A stretch of DNA of 46,519 nucleotides from contig MEKU01000080.1 of assembly GCA_001767195.1 (NCBI GenBank), forward strand, positions 20,566-67,084, read 5' to 3'. This DNA is from Acidobacteria bacterium RIFCSPLOWO2_02_FULL_67_21. Lineage in GTDB: Bacteria; Acidobacteriota; Vicinamibacteria; Vicinamibacterales; UBA2999. The translations under genes were made by a program, and so were the position numbers. This document shows positions 1 to 8,391 of the stretch, piece after piece; position 1 is the first letter of the stretch; every line of letters begins with the position of its first letter. Below the pieces are notes generated by a model. It had not been told where the DNA came from. It saw nothing but the letters and a program-made list of their open reading frames with translations, and ran no database searches.

Positions 1-1042
1 CCGCGTTGTAGTAGGCGATCACCTGGTCCAGGATCTCGCCTGTGTCGCCGTCGAGGACGTCGTGGAGGCGATGGGTCGTGAAGTTGATGCGGTGATCCGT
101 GATGCGGCTCTGCGGAAAGTTGTAGGTGCGGATCTTCTCCGAGCGTTCGCCCGTGCCTACCTGCCCGCGCCGCTCCTTCGCGATCGCCTCCTGCTGCTTG
201 CGCATCTCCATCTCGTACAACCGCGCGCGCAGGACCTTCATCGCCTTCGCGCGATTCTTGATCTGCGACTTTTCGTCCTGCTGCGAGACCACGAGACCGG
301 TCGGGATGTGGGTGATCCGCACGGCCGAATAGGTGGTGTTGACGCTCTGGCCCCCGGGGCCGCTGGAGCAGAAGGTGTCGACGCGGAGGTCCTTCTCGTT
401 GATCTGGATGTCGACCTCTTCGGCTTCGGGCAGCACCGCCACGGTCGCGGTGGATGTGTGGATGCGGCCGCTCGCCTCGGTGGCCGGCACCCGCTGGACT
501 CGATGAACGCCGCTCTCGTACTTCAAACGGCTGTACACGCCGCGGCCCTCGATCGAAGCGATCACTTCCTTCAGGCCGCCCCCGGTGCTCTCGCTCGTCG
601 ACATTACCTCGAGACGCCAGCCCTGCCGCTCGGCAAACCGGCTGTACATCCGGAACAGGTTGGCCGCAAACAGCGCGGCTTCGTCGCCACCGGTGCCGGC
701 TCGAATTTCGAGGATGACGTTCTTCTCGTCGTTGGGATCGCGCGGAACGAGCAGCAGCTTCAGGTCGGCGAGGATCGCGTCCTGCTTCTGCCGGAGCGAC
801 GTGAGCTCCTCTTCGGCGAGCTCCCGCATGTCGTCATCGGCGGTGCGCAGGATTTCCTCGGCGCCCGCGATGTCCTTCTGCACCGACCTGTAGTCGCGGT
901 ACGTCTGCACGAGCGGCTCGATCTCGGACAGCTTCTTGGCGGACTTCCGGTACTCGGCGGGGTCGGACTGCACCTCGACCGTTCCGAGCCGCGTCATCAG
1001 CTCCTCGTACTGCGACTCCACCGCGATCAGCTTGTCGAACAT
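1..1042 (-). CDS. prfA: Peptide chain release factor 1 (3' end runs off the window)
   Basis: Hand translation from ATG at 1042: [12 protein letters not shown]...[12 protein letters not shown]...[20 protein letters not shown]...[10 protein letters not shown]; has the PxT (PAT) motif of RF1 and GGQ. Not in the ORF track because it has no stop in the window. Confidence 0.97.
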   Translation of the reverse strand, partial: MFDKLIAVESQYEELMTRLGTVEVQSDPAEYRKSAKKLSEIEPLVQTYRDYRSVQKDIAGAEEILRTADDDMRELAEEELTSLRQKQDAILADLKLLLVPRDPNDEKNVILEIRAGTGGDEAALFAANLFRMYSRFAERQGWRLEVMSTSESTGGGLKEVIASIEGRGVYSRLKYESGVHRVQRVPATEASGRIHTSTATVAVLPEAEEVDIQINEKDLRVDTFCSSGPGGQSVNTTYSAVRITHIPTGLVVSQQDEKSQIKNRAKAMKVLRARLYEMEMRKQQEAIAKERRGQVGTGERSEKIRTYNFPQSRITDHRINFTTHRLHDVLDGDTGEILDQVIAYYNA

Positions 1043-1057
1043 ATACTCCGGACCTGT

Positions 1058-1303
1058 TCATCCCCCCGACACCGGCGGCAGGAACGCCACCTCGTCGCCG
1101 TCGTGCACGGCGGCGGCCATTCGCGCGTACTCCGCATTGACCGCCACCGACATCGTCTGCTCGTACTGGGCGAGCCCCGGAATGTCGGCGGCCAGTGACG
1201 CCCACACGGTGCGTACCGTCGCCGGCTCCGGCACGTCGCGCACCAGCTCGCCCGTGCCGGCCAGATCCCGGAGCCGGGCAAACAGGCGGACCGTTACGCG
1301 CAT
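1058..1303 (-). CDS. moaD: Molybdopterin synthase sulfur carrier subunit
   Basis: MRVTVRLFARLRD...VAVN.EY...GDEVAFLPPVSGG; ubiquitin-like with C-terminal GG; overlaps the moaE stop. Confidence 0.95.
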   Translation of the reverse strand: MRVTVRLFARLRDLAGTGELVRDVPEPATVRTVWASLAADIPGLAQYEQTMSVAVNAEYARMAAAVHDGDEVAFLPPVSGG

Positions 1304-1770
1304 GCTGTCCTGTACGCGGCCTGCCGGGCGTCCTGGTCTTCGGGATCGGCCGTCGCGCCTTCGAGCCAGACCTCGCCGCCCTCGAAATGCTCCCGCTTCC
1401 AGATGGGGACGATCTGCTTCACGCGTTCGATGGCGTACCGGCACGCGGCAAACGCCGCGGCGCGGTGTGCCGAGACGGCGACAATCACCACGCTCGCGTC
1501 GCCAATCTCGAGGCGCCCGATCCGATGGTGAATGCCGAGCCGCGCATCAGGCCATGCCGCCTCCACCTCGCTGACGATCCGCTTCAACGCCTTGATCGCC
1601 AGCGGTTCGTAGGCCTCGTACTCGAGGAACCGCACCTGCCGGCCCTGATTGTGCGCGCGCACCAGCCCCGTAAACGTGGCGACCGCACCGTCGCCTGCGG
1701 ATCCGGCATTCAGCTCGCGCCCCAGCGATGCCGGATCCAGCGGCTCCGAGGTCACGGCGACCTGGACCAT
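1294..1770 (-). CDS. moaE: Molybdopterin synthase catalytic subunit
   Basis: GAVATFTGLVR, LEYEAY, HRIGRLEIG, SAHR, VPIWKRE motifs. Confidence 0.95.
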   Translation of the reverse strand: MVQVAVTSEPLDPASLGRELNAGSAGDGAVATFTGLVRAHNQGRQVRFLEYEAYEPLAIKALKRIVSEVEAAWPDARLGIHHRIGRLEIGDASVVIVAVSAHRAAAFAACRYAIERVKQIVPIWKREHFEGGEVWLEGATADPEDQDARQAAYRTACA

Positions 1771-1774
1771 GGGA

Positions 1775-2566
1775 TCAGTATAACGTTCGGTTCCAGAAGT
1801 GGTTCATGGGACCGTGCCCTTTCCCGAGGGCTGGAGCGGTCCGGATGGCTCCCGCCACATAGGCCTGCGCCAGCGGAATCGCCTCGTCCAGCGAGCGACC
1901 GAGTGCAAGATGCGCGGTCACGGCGGAGGCGAACGTGCAGCCCGTGCCGTGCGTGCTCCGCCCCGGCACTCGCGCCGTGCGAAACTCGGTGAAGCGCGCG
2001 CCGTCGTACAGCAGATCGACGATGTCGGCCGAGTCGAGATGGCCCCCTGTGATGATGACGGCGGCCGGACCGAGGGACGCGATGCGCCGCGCCGCCTCGT
2101 GCCGGTCGGCCTCGGTCCGAATCGGGGTGCCCGAGAGCGCTTCCGCTTCGGGGATGTTCGGCGTCACGACGAACGCGCGCCGCAACAGCTCCGTCTTCAT
2201 CGTCGCGACCGCTTCATCATCGATGAGCGCGGCGCCGCTCTTGGCGATCATCACGGGATCCACGACGAGCCAGGGAATCTCCAGATCGGCGACGGCTGCC
2301 GCCACGGCTTCGACGATCGCGGCTGTGGCGAGCATTCCAGTCTTCGCCGCATCCACGCCGATATCGGAGACGACGGCCTCGATCTGCGCGGCGACGAGAT
2401 CGGCCGACAGCGCTTCGAAGCTCGTGACGCCGAGCGTGTTCTGCGCGGTGACGGCGGTAATTGCGCTCACGCCGTACACGCCGTGCGCCGCGAACGTCTT
2501 CAGGTCGGCCTGGATGCCCGCTCCGCCGCTGGAATCGCTGCCCGCGATGGTGAGAGCGGTGTGCAT
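1775..2566 (-). CDS. thiD: Hydroxymethylpyrimidine/phosphomethylpyrimidine kinase
   Basis: ALTIAGSDSSGGAGIQADLKTF, VDPVM, TPNIPEA, HGTGCTFAS, GKGHGP. Confidence 0.96.
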   Translation of the reverse strand: MHTALTIAGSDSSGGAGIQADLKTFAAHGVYGVSAITAVTAQNTLGVTSFEALSADLVAAQIEAVVSDIGVDAAKTGMLATAAIVEAVAAAVADLEIPWLVVDPVMIAKSGAALIDDEAVATMKTELLRRAFVVTPNIPEAEALSGTPIRTEADRHEAARRIASLGPAAVIITGGHLDSADIVDLLYDGARFTEFRTARVPGRSTHGTGCTFASAVTAHLALGRSLDEAIPLAQAYVAGAIRTAPALGKGHGPMNHFWNRTLY

Positions 2567-2600
2567 TGGAAGGTGAGCGGTTGTCCGGAATTCGTCGGTC

Positions 2601-2639
2601 GTAGTGCCCGGCTTGAGCCGGGCTGAAGCCCGGCACTAC
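2601..2639. repeat. GTAG-type REP-like palindrome
   Basis: gtagtgcccggcttgagccgggctgaagcccggcactac: GTAG...CTAC ends with near-complementary arms; overlaps the bioY stop codon. Confidence 0.7.
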
Positions 2640-3256
2640 GTACGCTGACGGCCCAATATCGCCCAGGTGCCCGGCAGGACGCCCGCTGCCACGAGCAGCT
2701 TCATCACATCCGCAATCACGAAGGGATAGACACCTGCCGTGAGCGCGGCCTCGAGTCCCGCCGGCACGCCTGGGACAATGCGCGCTGCGAAGTAGCCGAG
2801 CCAGACCGCTCCGCACGCATAGACAATCACCAGGCCCGCGAGCATCGCGAGCACGGAGGTCAGATAGCGGCGATCGAAGCCACGCTCGGCCAGGTACCCC
2901 ACGACATACGCCGCAAAGGGGTAGGCCATCAGATATCCGCCCGTCGGGCCGAGGAGCCGCAAGATGCCCTGCGGCAGGGCTGCCGAGGCGGCAAATACCG
3001 GCAAGCCGGCGCAGCCCGCCACCAGATACAGCAACTGGCTGGCCGCGCCAAGTTTCGGCCCGAGCGCGAGGCCGCCGAGCAGCACCACCATCGGCTGAAA
3101 CGTGAACGGCACGGCGGTGAACGGCAGCGGGATACTGATCTGCGCGGCGGCGGCGGTCAACGCGGCGATGAACGAGACGGCCGCAACCTTGACTGCGCGC
3201 CGGCCGCTCTCGCGGCCGACGAGGACGGTTTCGACAAGCGTGGCGGAAGAGGACAT
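2636..3256 (-). CDS. bioY: Biotin transporter BioY
   Basis: AQISIPLPFTAVPFTFQ, GLPVFA, GPTGGYLMAYPFAA; hydrophobic helices. Confidence 0.93.
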   Translation of the reverse strand: MSSSATLVETVLVGRESGRRAVKVAAVSFIAALTAAAAQISIPLPFTAVPFTFQPMVVLLGGLALGPKLGAASQLLYLVAGCAGLPVFAASAALPQGILRLLGPTGGYLMAYPFAAYVVGYLAERGFDRRYLTSVLAMLAGLVIVYACGAVWLGYFAARIVPGVPAGLEAALTAGVYPFVIADVMKLLVAAGVLPGTWAILGRQRT

Positions 3257-3272
3257 TACTGGCGATTGTAGA

Positions 3273-3995
3273 TCAGCGTCCCAGTACCAGCAGGTACTGG
3301 TAGGGCAGCGTCTGCCGGCTGAGCACGCGCAGCCCCGCCGCCCGCGCGTCGTCTTCGACGGCGCTGACCTCGACCCGCGCGCCTTCGGCCGCGGCCGGTC
3401 CCGGACCGCCGCTGCCCGGCTTGTAGTTCACGATGCCGACGCGCCCTGTCGGTGTGAGCGCGGCAGCCAGGTTCTGCAGAAAGGCCACGCGACGTTCCAC
3501 CTCGGGGTAGACGTCCACGACGAGCACGGCATCGAGCGCGCCGCCCGGGAGATTGGGCGTGCTGTCCGAGCCGAGCCGCGTCTCGACATTACGAAGCCCC
3601 TCGCGCGCTACCCGCCGGCGAATCGCTTCGAGCATCTGGCGCTGGACGTCCTGCGCGTAGACGATCCCGTTCGGGCCGACGCGCCGCGCCAGGCGGATCG
3701 TGAACCATCCCGCGCCGGCCCCGATGTCGGCGACGGCCGAACCGTCGGCAATGCCGAGCGCATCCATGATCTCGTCGGGTTTCTGCCACGCTTCGCGGTC
3801 AGGCGCCTCCAGGAGGCCAAGGTCCTGCGGCGGAAACAGCCGGCCGTGGCGGGCGCCGGCTGCTTGGAACTCCCAAGCCCCAAATTCCGCCTCCGCCGAA
3901 GGCTGCGGCGAGACCTCGCCGAAGCTACGCGAAGGCGGGCCCAAATCCCCAACCCCGAGGCTCGCGATGAGCACACATGCGAGCACGCTCGTCAT
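3273..3995 (-). CDS. Class I SAM-dependent methyltransferase with signal-like N-terminus
   Basis: REAWQKPDEIMDAL, VADIGAGAGWF (motif I), VYAQDVQ. Confidence 0.88.
   Translation of the reverse strand: MTSVLACVLIASLGVGDLGPPSRSFGEVSPQPSAEAEFGAWEFQAAGARHGRLFPPQDLGLLEAPDREAWQKPDEIMDALGIADGSAVADIGAGAGWFTIRLARRVGPNGIVYAQDVQRQMLEAIRRRVAREGLRNVETRLGSDSTPNLPGGALDAVLVVDVYPEVERRVAFLQNLAAALTPTGRVGIVNYKPGSGGPGPAAAEGARVEVSAVEDDARAAGLRVLSRQTLPYQYLLVLGR
3868..3956. repeat. Degenerate heptamer array with a nested palindrome, in frame inside the methyltransferase gene
   Basis: aactccc-aagcccc-aaattcc, then ccgcctccgc...cggcgag-ac-ctcgccg...gcgaaggcgg, then aaatccc-caacccc. Confidence 0.6.
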
Positions 3996-5398
3996 CGCTT
4001 GACCTCGCCCGCAACGCCCGGGCGCGTCATGTGCTCCACCGACAGGATGCGCGCAAGCTGCCGCTCGTCCATGAGCCCCCGCTCAAGCACGATGTCGCGA
4101 ATCGGCCGGCCGGTGCGCACCGATTCCTTGGCAATGTCAGCCGTCTGGGCGTACCCGAGATGGGGACTGAGCGCCGTCGCCGTCGCGGTGCTGCGATCCA
4201 GCAGCTCGCGGCAGCGCGCGGGGTCGGCTTCGATCCCGTCGACACAGCGCAGCCGCAGCGCATTCATCGATTCCCGCAGGATGGTCGACATGTGAATCGC
4301 GTTCCACGCAATCACCGGCATCATCACATTGAGCTCCAGCTGGCCGGCTTCGGCAGCCGCCGCGATCGTCACGTCGCAGCCGATCGCCTGGTAGCAGACC
4401 TGGTTCACCATCTCCGGAATCGACGGATTGACCTTTCCCGGCATGATTGACGACCCCGGCTGGACGGCGGGAAGCGCAATCTCGCTGAGACCGGCTCTCG
4501 GGCCCATGCTGAGCAGGCGCAAATCGCTGGCGATCTTCCCGAGCTCGACCGACAGACGGCGCATCGCTCCGGCGTAGGCGACGATGTCGCCCATGCTCTG
4601 GGTCACGCCGAATCGGTTCGCGGCCGGCTTCAGGGGGAGCCCGGTGTCGCGGCTCAGATGGCGGATGGCGAGCGCGGCATATTCCTCCCCGGCATTCAGC
4701 CCGGTGCCGACGGCCGTCGCGCCCAGATTCAGCTCGTGCAGTGCTTTGGCGGCGTGCTGGAGACCGTCGACCGCGCGGGCGAGACAGTCCGCATAGCCGC
4801 CGAACTCCTGGCCGAGCGTCATCGGCACGGCGTCCTGCAGGTGCGTGCGGCCCACCTTCAGCACGCCGTCAAACGCCTTCGCCTTCCGCTCGAGTGAGAC
4901 CGCGAGCGCGCCTGCCGATGCGACGAGCGCGGCATGGATCGTCAGCAGGGCGAGGCGCGTGGCGGTGGGGAAGACGTCGTTGGTCGACTGGCCCATGTTG
5001 ACGTGATCGTTCGGATGCACGAGCGTGTAGTCGCCGCGCCGCCCGCCGAGGAACTCGGCGCCCCGGTTGGCGAGCACCTCGTTCGTGTTCATGTTGTGCG
5101 ACGTCCCCGCGCCCGCCTGGTAGACGTCGACGACGAACTGATCGCGCAGACGGCCCGCCAGCACTTCGTCGGCCGCCGCGACGATCGCATCGGCCAGGCG
5201 CTTGTCGAGGCGGCCGAGCGCCAGGTTGGCCTGTGCGGCCGCTTTCTTGATCAGGACGGTGGCAGTGACGAGATCCGCCGGCGCATGCAGCCCGCTGATG
5301 GGAAAGTTCTCGACGGCGCGCGCGGTCTGAATGCCGTAATACGCGTCGGCCGGAACGGCGAACTCACCGATCGGATCGCGCTCAATCCTCGACTGCAT
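3992..5398 (-). CDS. aspA: Aspartate ammonia-lyase (fumarase/aspartase superfamily)
   Basis: QAGAGTSHNMNTNE, HPNDHVNMGQSTND, GRTHLQDA, GSSIMPGKVNP. Confidence 0.88.
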   Translation of the reverse strand: MQSRIERDPIGEFAVPADAYYGIQTARAVENFPISGLHAPADLVTATVLIKKAAAQANLALGRLDKRLADAIVAAADEVLAGRLRDQFVVDVYQAGAGTSHNMNTNEVLANRGAEFLGGRRGDYTLVHPNDHVNMGQSTNDVFPTATRLALLTIHAALVASAGALAVSLERKAKAFDGVLKVGRTHLQDAVPMTLGQEFGGYADCLARAVDGLQHAAKALHELNLGATAVGTGLNAGEEYAALAIRHLSRDTGLPLKPAANRFGVTQSMGDIVAYAGAMRRLSVELGKIASDLRLLSMGPRAGLSEIALPAVQPGSSIMPGKVNPSIPEMVNQVCYQAIGCDVTIAAAAEAGQLELNVMMPVIAWNAIHMSTILRESMNALRLRCVDGIEADPARCRELLDRSTATATALSPHLGYAQTADIAKESVRTGRPIRDIVLERGLMDERQLARILSVEHMTRPGVAGEVKR

Positions 5399-5431
5399 GG
5401 TGGTGTCGCGCGCGTAAATTATACTGCTCGA

Positions 5432-6958
5432 ATGGAATCCGGCTTTTTCGACAGTATTCTCGCGCTCGTCGTGCGTACCTCGACGGACCTGCCGCCCGAC
5501 GTGCGCACGGCCATGAAGGCGGCGATGGCCGCCGAGGCGAGCGGCACGCAGTCTGCGCAGGCCCTGTCGATCATCGCGCAGAACGTGGATCAGGCCGCGG
5601 AGGGGGAGGGCGCGATCTGCCAGGACACGGGCATGCCGACCTTCGAGGTCAAGGCGCCGGTCGGCGCCAACCAGATCGTGATGCGCACGCAGATCCGGGA
5701 GGCCGTGGCGGAAGCCACGCGCCGCGGCAAGCTGCGCCCCAACTCGGTCGACTCAATCACCGGTGAGAACTCCGGCACGAACCTCGGTCCGGGGACCCCG
5801 ATCGTTCACTTCGAGCAGTGGGAGCGCGACGACATCGAGGTCCGGCTGATCCTGAAGGGCGGCGGCTGCGAGAACATGAACGCCCAGTACTCGCTGCCGC
5901 TGGAGCTGCCGGGGCTGGGCCGGGCGGATCGAACGCTCGAAGGGGTTCGCACGTGCATCCTGCACGCGGTGTGGCAGGCGCAGGGGAAGGGGTGCGCGCC
6001 CGGGGCCGTTGGCGTGTGCGTCGGCGGCGATCGCACGTCGGGCTACGTCCAGGCGAAGGAGCAGCTGTTCCGCACGCTCGATGACGTGAACCCCGATCGA
6101 CGGCTCGCCGACCTCGAGGCGTCGATCATGGGCGAGATCAACAGGCTGGGGATCGGCACGATGGGGTTCGGCGGGCGCACCTCGCTCATCGGCTGCAAGA
6201 TCGGCGTGCTGAACCGGCTGCCGGCGAGCTTCTTCGTCTCGGTCGCCTACGATTGCTGGGCGTTCCGGCGCCTCGGTGTCGTGCTGGATGGCCGAACCGG
6301 AGCGATCAGGCAGTGGCTCTACCGCGATCCCGCCACCCCGGTGGCGGCGATGGCGGATCAGGCCGGCTTCCCGCGGACGGGCCGCGAAGTCGCGCTGCAG
6401 ACGCCGCTCACCGAAGCTCAGGTACGGACCCTCCGCGTCGGCGACGTCGTCCTCGTCACTGGACGGATGTACACCGGGCGCGACGCCGTGCACGCGCATC
6501 TCATGAAGCATGCGCCGCCGGTGGATCTGTCGGGGTCGGTGCTCTATCACTGCGGCCCGGTCGTCTCGAAGGCCGGCGATCGATGGACGGTCACCGCTGC
6601 CGGGCCAACCACGAGCATCAGGGAAGAGCCGTATCAGGCTGACATCATCCGCCGATACGGCGTGCGCGCCGTGATTGGGAAAGGCGGTATGGGCGCGAAA
6701 ACGCTGGCCGCGCTGAAGGATGCGGGGGCCGTCTACCTCAACGCGATCGGCGGCGCTGCGCAGTTCTATGCGAGAACGATCGATCGCGTCGACGGTGTCT
6801 CGCTGCTGGAGTTCGGAACCCCCGAGGCGATGTGGCACCTCCAGGTGACCGAATTTCCGGCCATTGTCACGATGGACGCGCACGGGAACAGCCTCCATAA
6901 GGACATCGAGGAGAAATCGGCTGCAGAGCTGGCGGCGCTCGGCACGCCGGCGCGGTAG
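5432..6958 (+). CDS. Class I (Fe-S) fumarate hydratase, fused alpha/beta domains
   Basis: ICQDTG, KGGGCEN, GCAPG, GRDAVH, AGPTTSIR, IGKGG. Start moved to ATG 5432 because the upstream extension overlaps aspA. Confidence 0.92.
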   Translation: MESGFFDSILALVVRTSTDLPPDVRTAMKAAMAAEASGTQSAQALSIIAQNVDQAAEGEGAICQDTGMPTFEVKAPVGANQIVMRTQIREAVAEATRRGKLRPNSVDSITGENSGTNLGPGTPIVHFEQWERDDIEVRLILKGGGCENMNAQYSLPLELPGLGRADRTLEGVRTCILHAVWQAQGKGCAPGAVGVCVGGDRTSGYVQAKEQLFRTLDDVNPDRRLADLEASIMGEINRLGIGTMGFGGRTSLIGCKIGVLNRLPASFFVSVAYDCWAFRRLGVVLDGRTGAIRQWLYRDPATPVAAMADQAGFPRTGREVALQTPLTEAQVRTLRVGDVVLVTGRMYTGRDAVHAHLMKHAPPVDLSGSVLYHCGPVVSKAGDRWTVTAAGPTTSIREEPYQADIIRRYGVRAVIGKGGMGAKTLAALKDAGAVYLNAIGGAAQFYARTIDRVDGVSLLEFGTPEAMWHLQVTEFPAIVTMDAHGNSLHKDIEEKSAAELAALGTPAR

Positions 6959-7022
6959 TCCGGGGCGGCGCATATTCATGCAAGTCAAACGATGCCAACG
7001 GGTTACGTGTCTCCAGCGGGGC

Positions 7023-7051
7023 TTGCTGGGGGGTCACCCGGAGCATATAAT
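7023..7051 (+). promoter_or_regulatory. Sigma70-type promoter of the erpA/fur-fusion operon
   Basis: TTGCTG (7023-7028), 17-nt spacer, TATAAT (7046-7051); AGGAG upstream of ATG 7079. Confidence 0.6.
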
Positions 7052-7078
7052 CAATAAATACCAGGAGCACCCAGACCA

Positions 7079-7402
7079 ATGATCAACGTGTCTCAGACGG
7101 CGGCGTCCAAGATCAGCGAGCTGCTTGGCGAAGAAGGCAAGGCGGGCAGCGGCCTGCGCGTGTTCGTGCAGGGCGGCGGCTGCTCGGGTTTTCAGTACGG
7201 GCTCATGATCGAGGAAAACGGCGGTGACGCCGATCAGGTGTTCGAGTCCAACGGTGTGAAGCTGTACGTCGACCCGGTCAGCATCAGCTACCTCAAGGGC
7301 GCGGAAGTCGACTTCGTGGAGACCGTGACCGGCGGCGGTTTCACCATTCGCAACCCCAACGCCGTGTCCACGTGCGGGTGCGGCCAGTCGTTCACCGTGT
7401 GA
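7079..7402 (+). CDS. erpA: A-type Fe-S cluster carrier (ErpA/IscA, HesB family)
   Basis: LRVFVQGGGCSGFQY...F.IRNPNA.STCGCGQSF; three conserved Cys. Confidence 0.92.
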   Translation: MINVSQTAASKISELLGEEGKAGSGLRVFVQGGGCSGFQYGLMIEENGGDADQVFESNGVKLYVDPVSISYLKGAEVDFVETVTGGGFTIRNPNAVSTCGCGQSFTV

Positions 7403-7403
7403 C

Positions 7404-8381
7404 GTGACGGCCCTTCCAGATCTGACCCGCCTCAAGCCCGAAGGCGGCAAGCGATCCAGCAAGCGGGAGCAGATCGTCAATGTCTTCCTCCGGCAGGAAG
7501 GGCATCTCAGCGCCGACGATCTCGTCGACCTGATCCGTCAGGAGGATCACCGGATCAGCCGCGCCACCGTTTACCGGACGCTCCAGTGGATGGTGGATGC
7601 TGGCATCGCGCGCAAGGTCGATTTTGGCGAGGGGCGGTTCCGGTTCGAGCATTCGTACCGGCAACCCCGCCACTTCCATCTTATCTGCAAGAGCTGTCAC
7701 CGATCGTTCGAGTTTCTCAGCTCGGACATCGAAGCGCTGGTCGAAGAAGTGGCGTCGGCGCGCAGCTTTGCGGCGTCGCAGAGCGTGGTCCAGATCTACG
7801 GCACGTGCGACGAGTGCCGGACGGGCCGGCAGCCGACACAGGCCGACGGCCACAAGGATCTGCTCTTCGCGCGCGACGCCCTGCGGATCGCGATTGCCAC
7901 CGAGCGCAGCGGGCTCGAGTTCTACACCCGCGCCGCCCGGCTGACCCGCGATCCCCGCGGGCGCAAGGTCTTCGACGACCTCGCGCTCGAGGAGAAGGAG
8001 CATCTCACCAAGCTGGAGGCGCGCTACAACGAGCTGCTGCAGCGCGATCCGCAGCTCGAGTCGCAGCCGACGTTCCTTTTCTTCAAAGGCGCCGCGAACG
8101 GCCTCTTCGCGGAAGGCGCCGACCGGCTGCTCAAGGGCGTCAACGATCAGCAGGCGCTGCTCATCGGCATCCGCTGCGAGCGCGGGTCGCACCAGTTCTT
8201 CAAGAAGTACGGCGAGCGTTTCGACGACTCAGAGGGAAAGCAGATCTTCCTGGAGTTCGCCGACGAGGAGCGCCAGCACCTCGAGCTCCTCATCCGGGAA
8301 TACCGTGCGCTCCTGAAGCGCCAGGGCCGCAGACGGCGGGCCGGCCGGCCGGGCTCCCCGGCGGCGCGCGCCGCCCGGTGA
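7404..8381 (+). CDS. Fur-family regulator fused to a C-terminal rubrerythrin/ferritin-like diiron domain
   Basis: N-terminus: HLSADD, ISRATVYRTL, HFHLICKSC, GTCDEC (Fur). C-terminus: AIATERSGLEFY...LALEEKEH and GIRCERGSHQFF...FADEERQH (two E...EExxH halves). Confidence 0.88.
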   Translation: MTALPDLTRLKPEGGKRSSKREQIVNVFLRQEGHLSADDLVDLIRQEDHRISRATVYRTLQWMVDAGIARKVDFGEGRFRFEHSYRQPRHFHLICKSCHRSFEFLSSDIEALVEEVASARSFAASQSVVQIYGTCDECRTGRQPTQADGHKDLLFARDALRIAIATERSGLEFYTRAARLTRDPRGRKVFDDLALEEKEHLTKLEARYNELLQRDPQLESQPTFLFFKGAANGLFAEGADRLLKGVNDQQALLIGIRCERGSHQFFKKYGERFDDSEGKQIFLEFADEERQHLELLIREYRALLKRQGRRRRAGRPGSPAARAAR

Positions 8382-8391
8382 TCCGCCGATT

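Noticed and set aside
62-1198. 378-aa plus-strand ORF and many similar long ORFs (e.g. 3102-4295, 19445-20908, 23651-25150, 42834-44678)
   Set aside because: Antisense or alternate-frame shadows of clear genes in high-GC DNA; no motifs of their own.
4934-5431. N-terminal extension making the fumarase 674 aa
   Set aside because: It overlaps aspA on the opposite strand; a -10 box and ATG at 5432 mark the likely start.
7055-7082. IscR/Rrf2-type operator before erpA
   Set aside because: Only vague resemblance and no convincing dyad symmetry.
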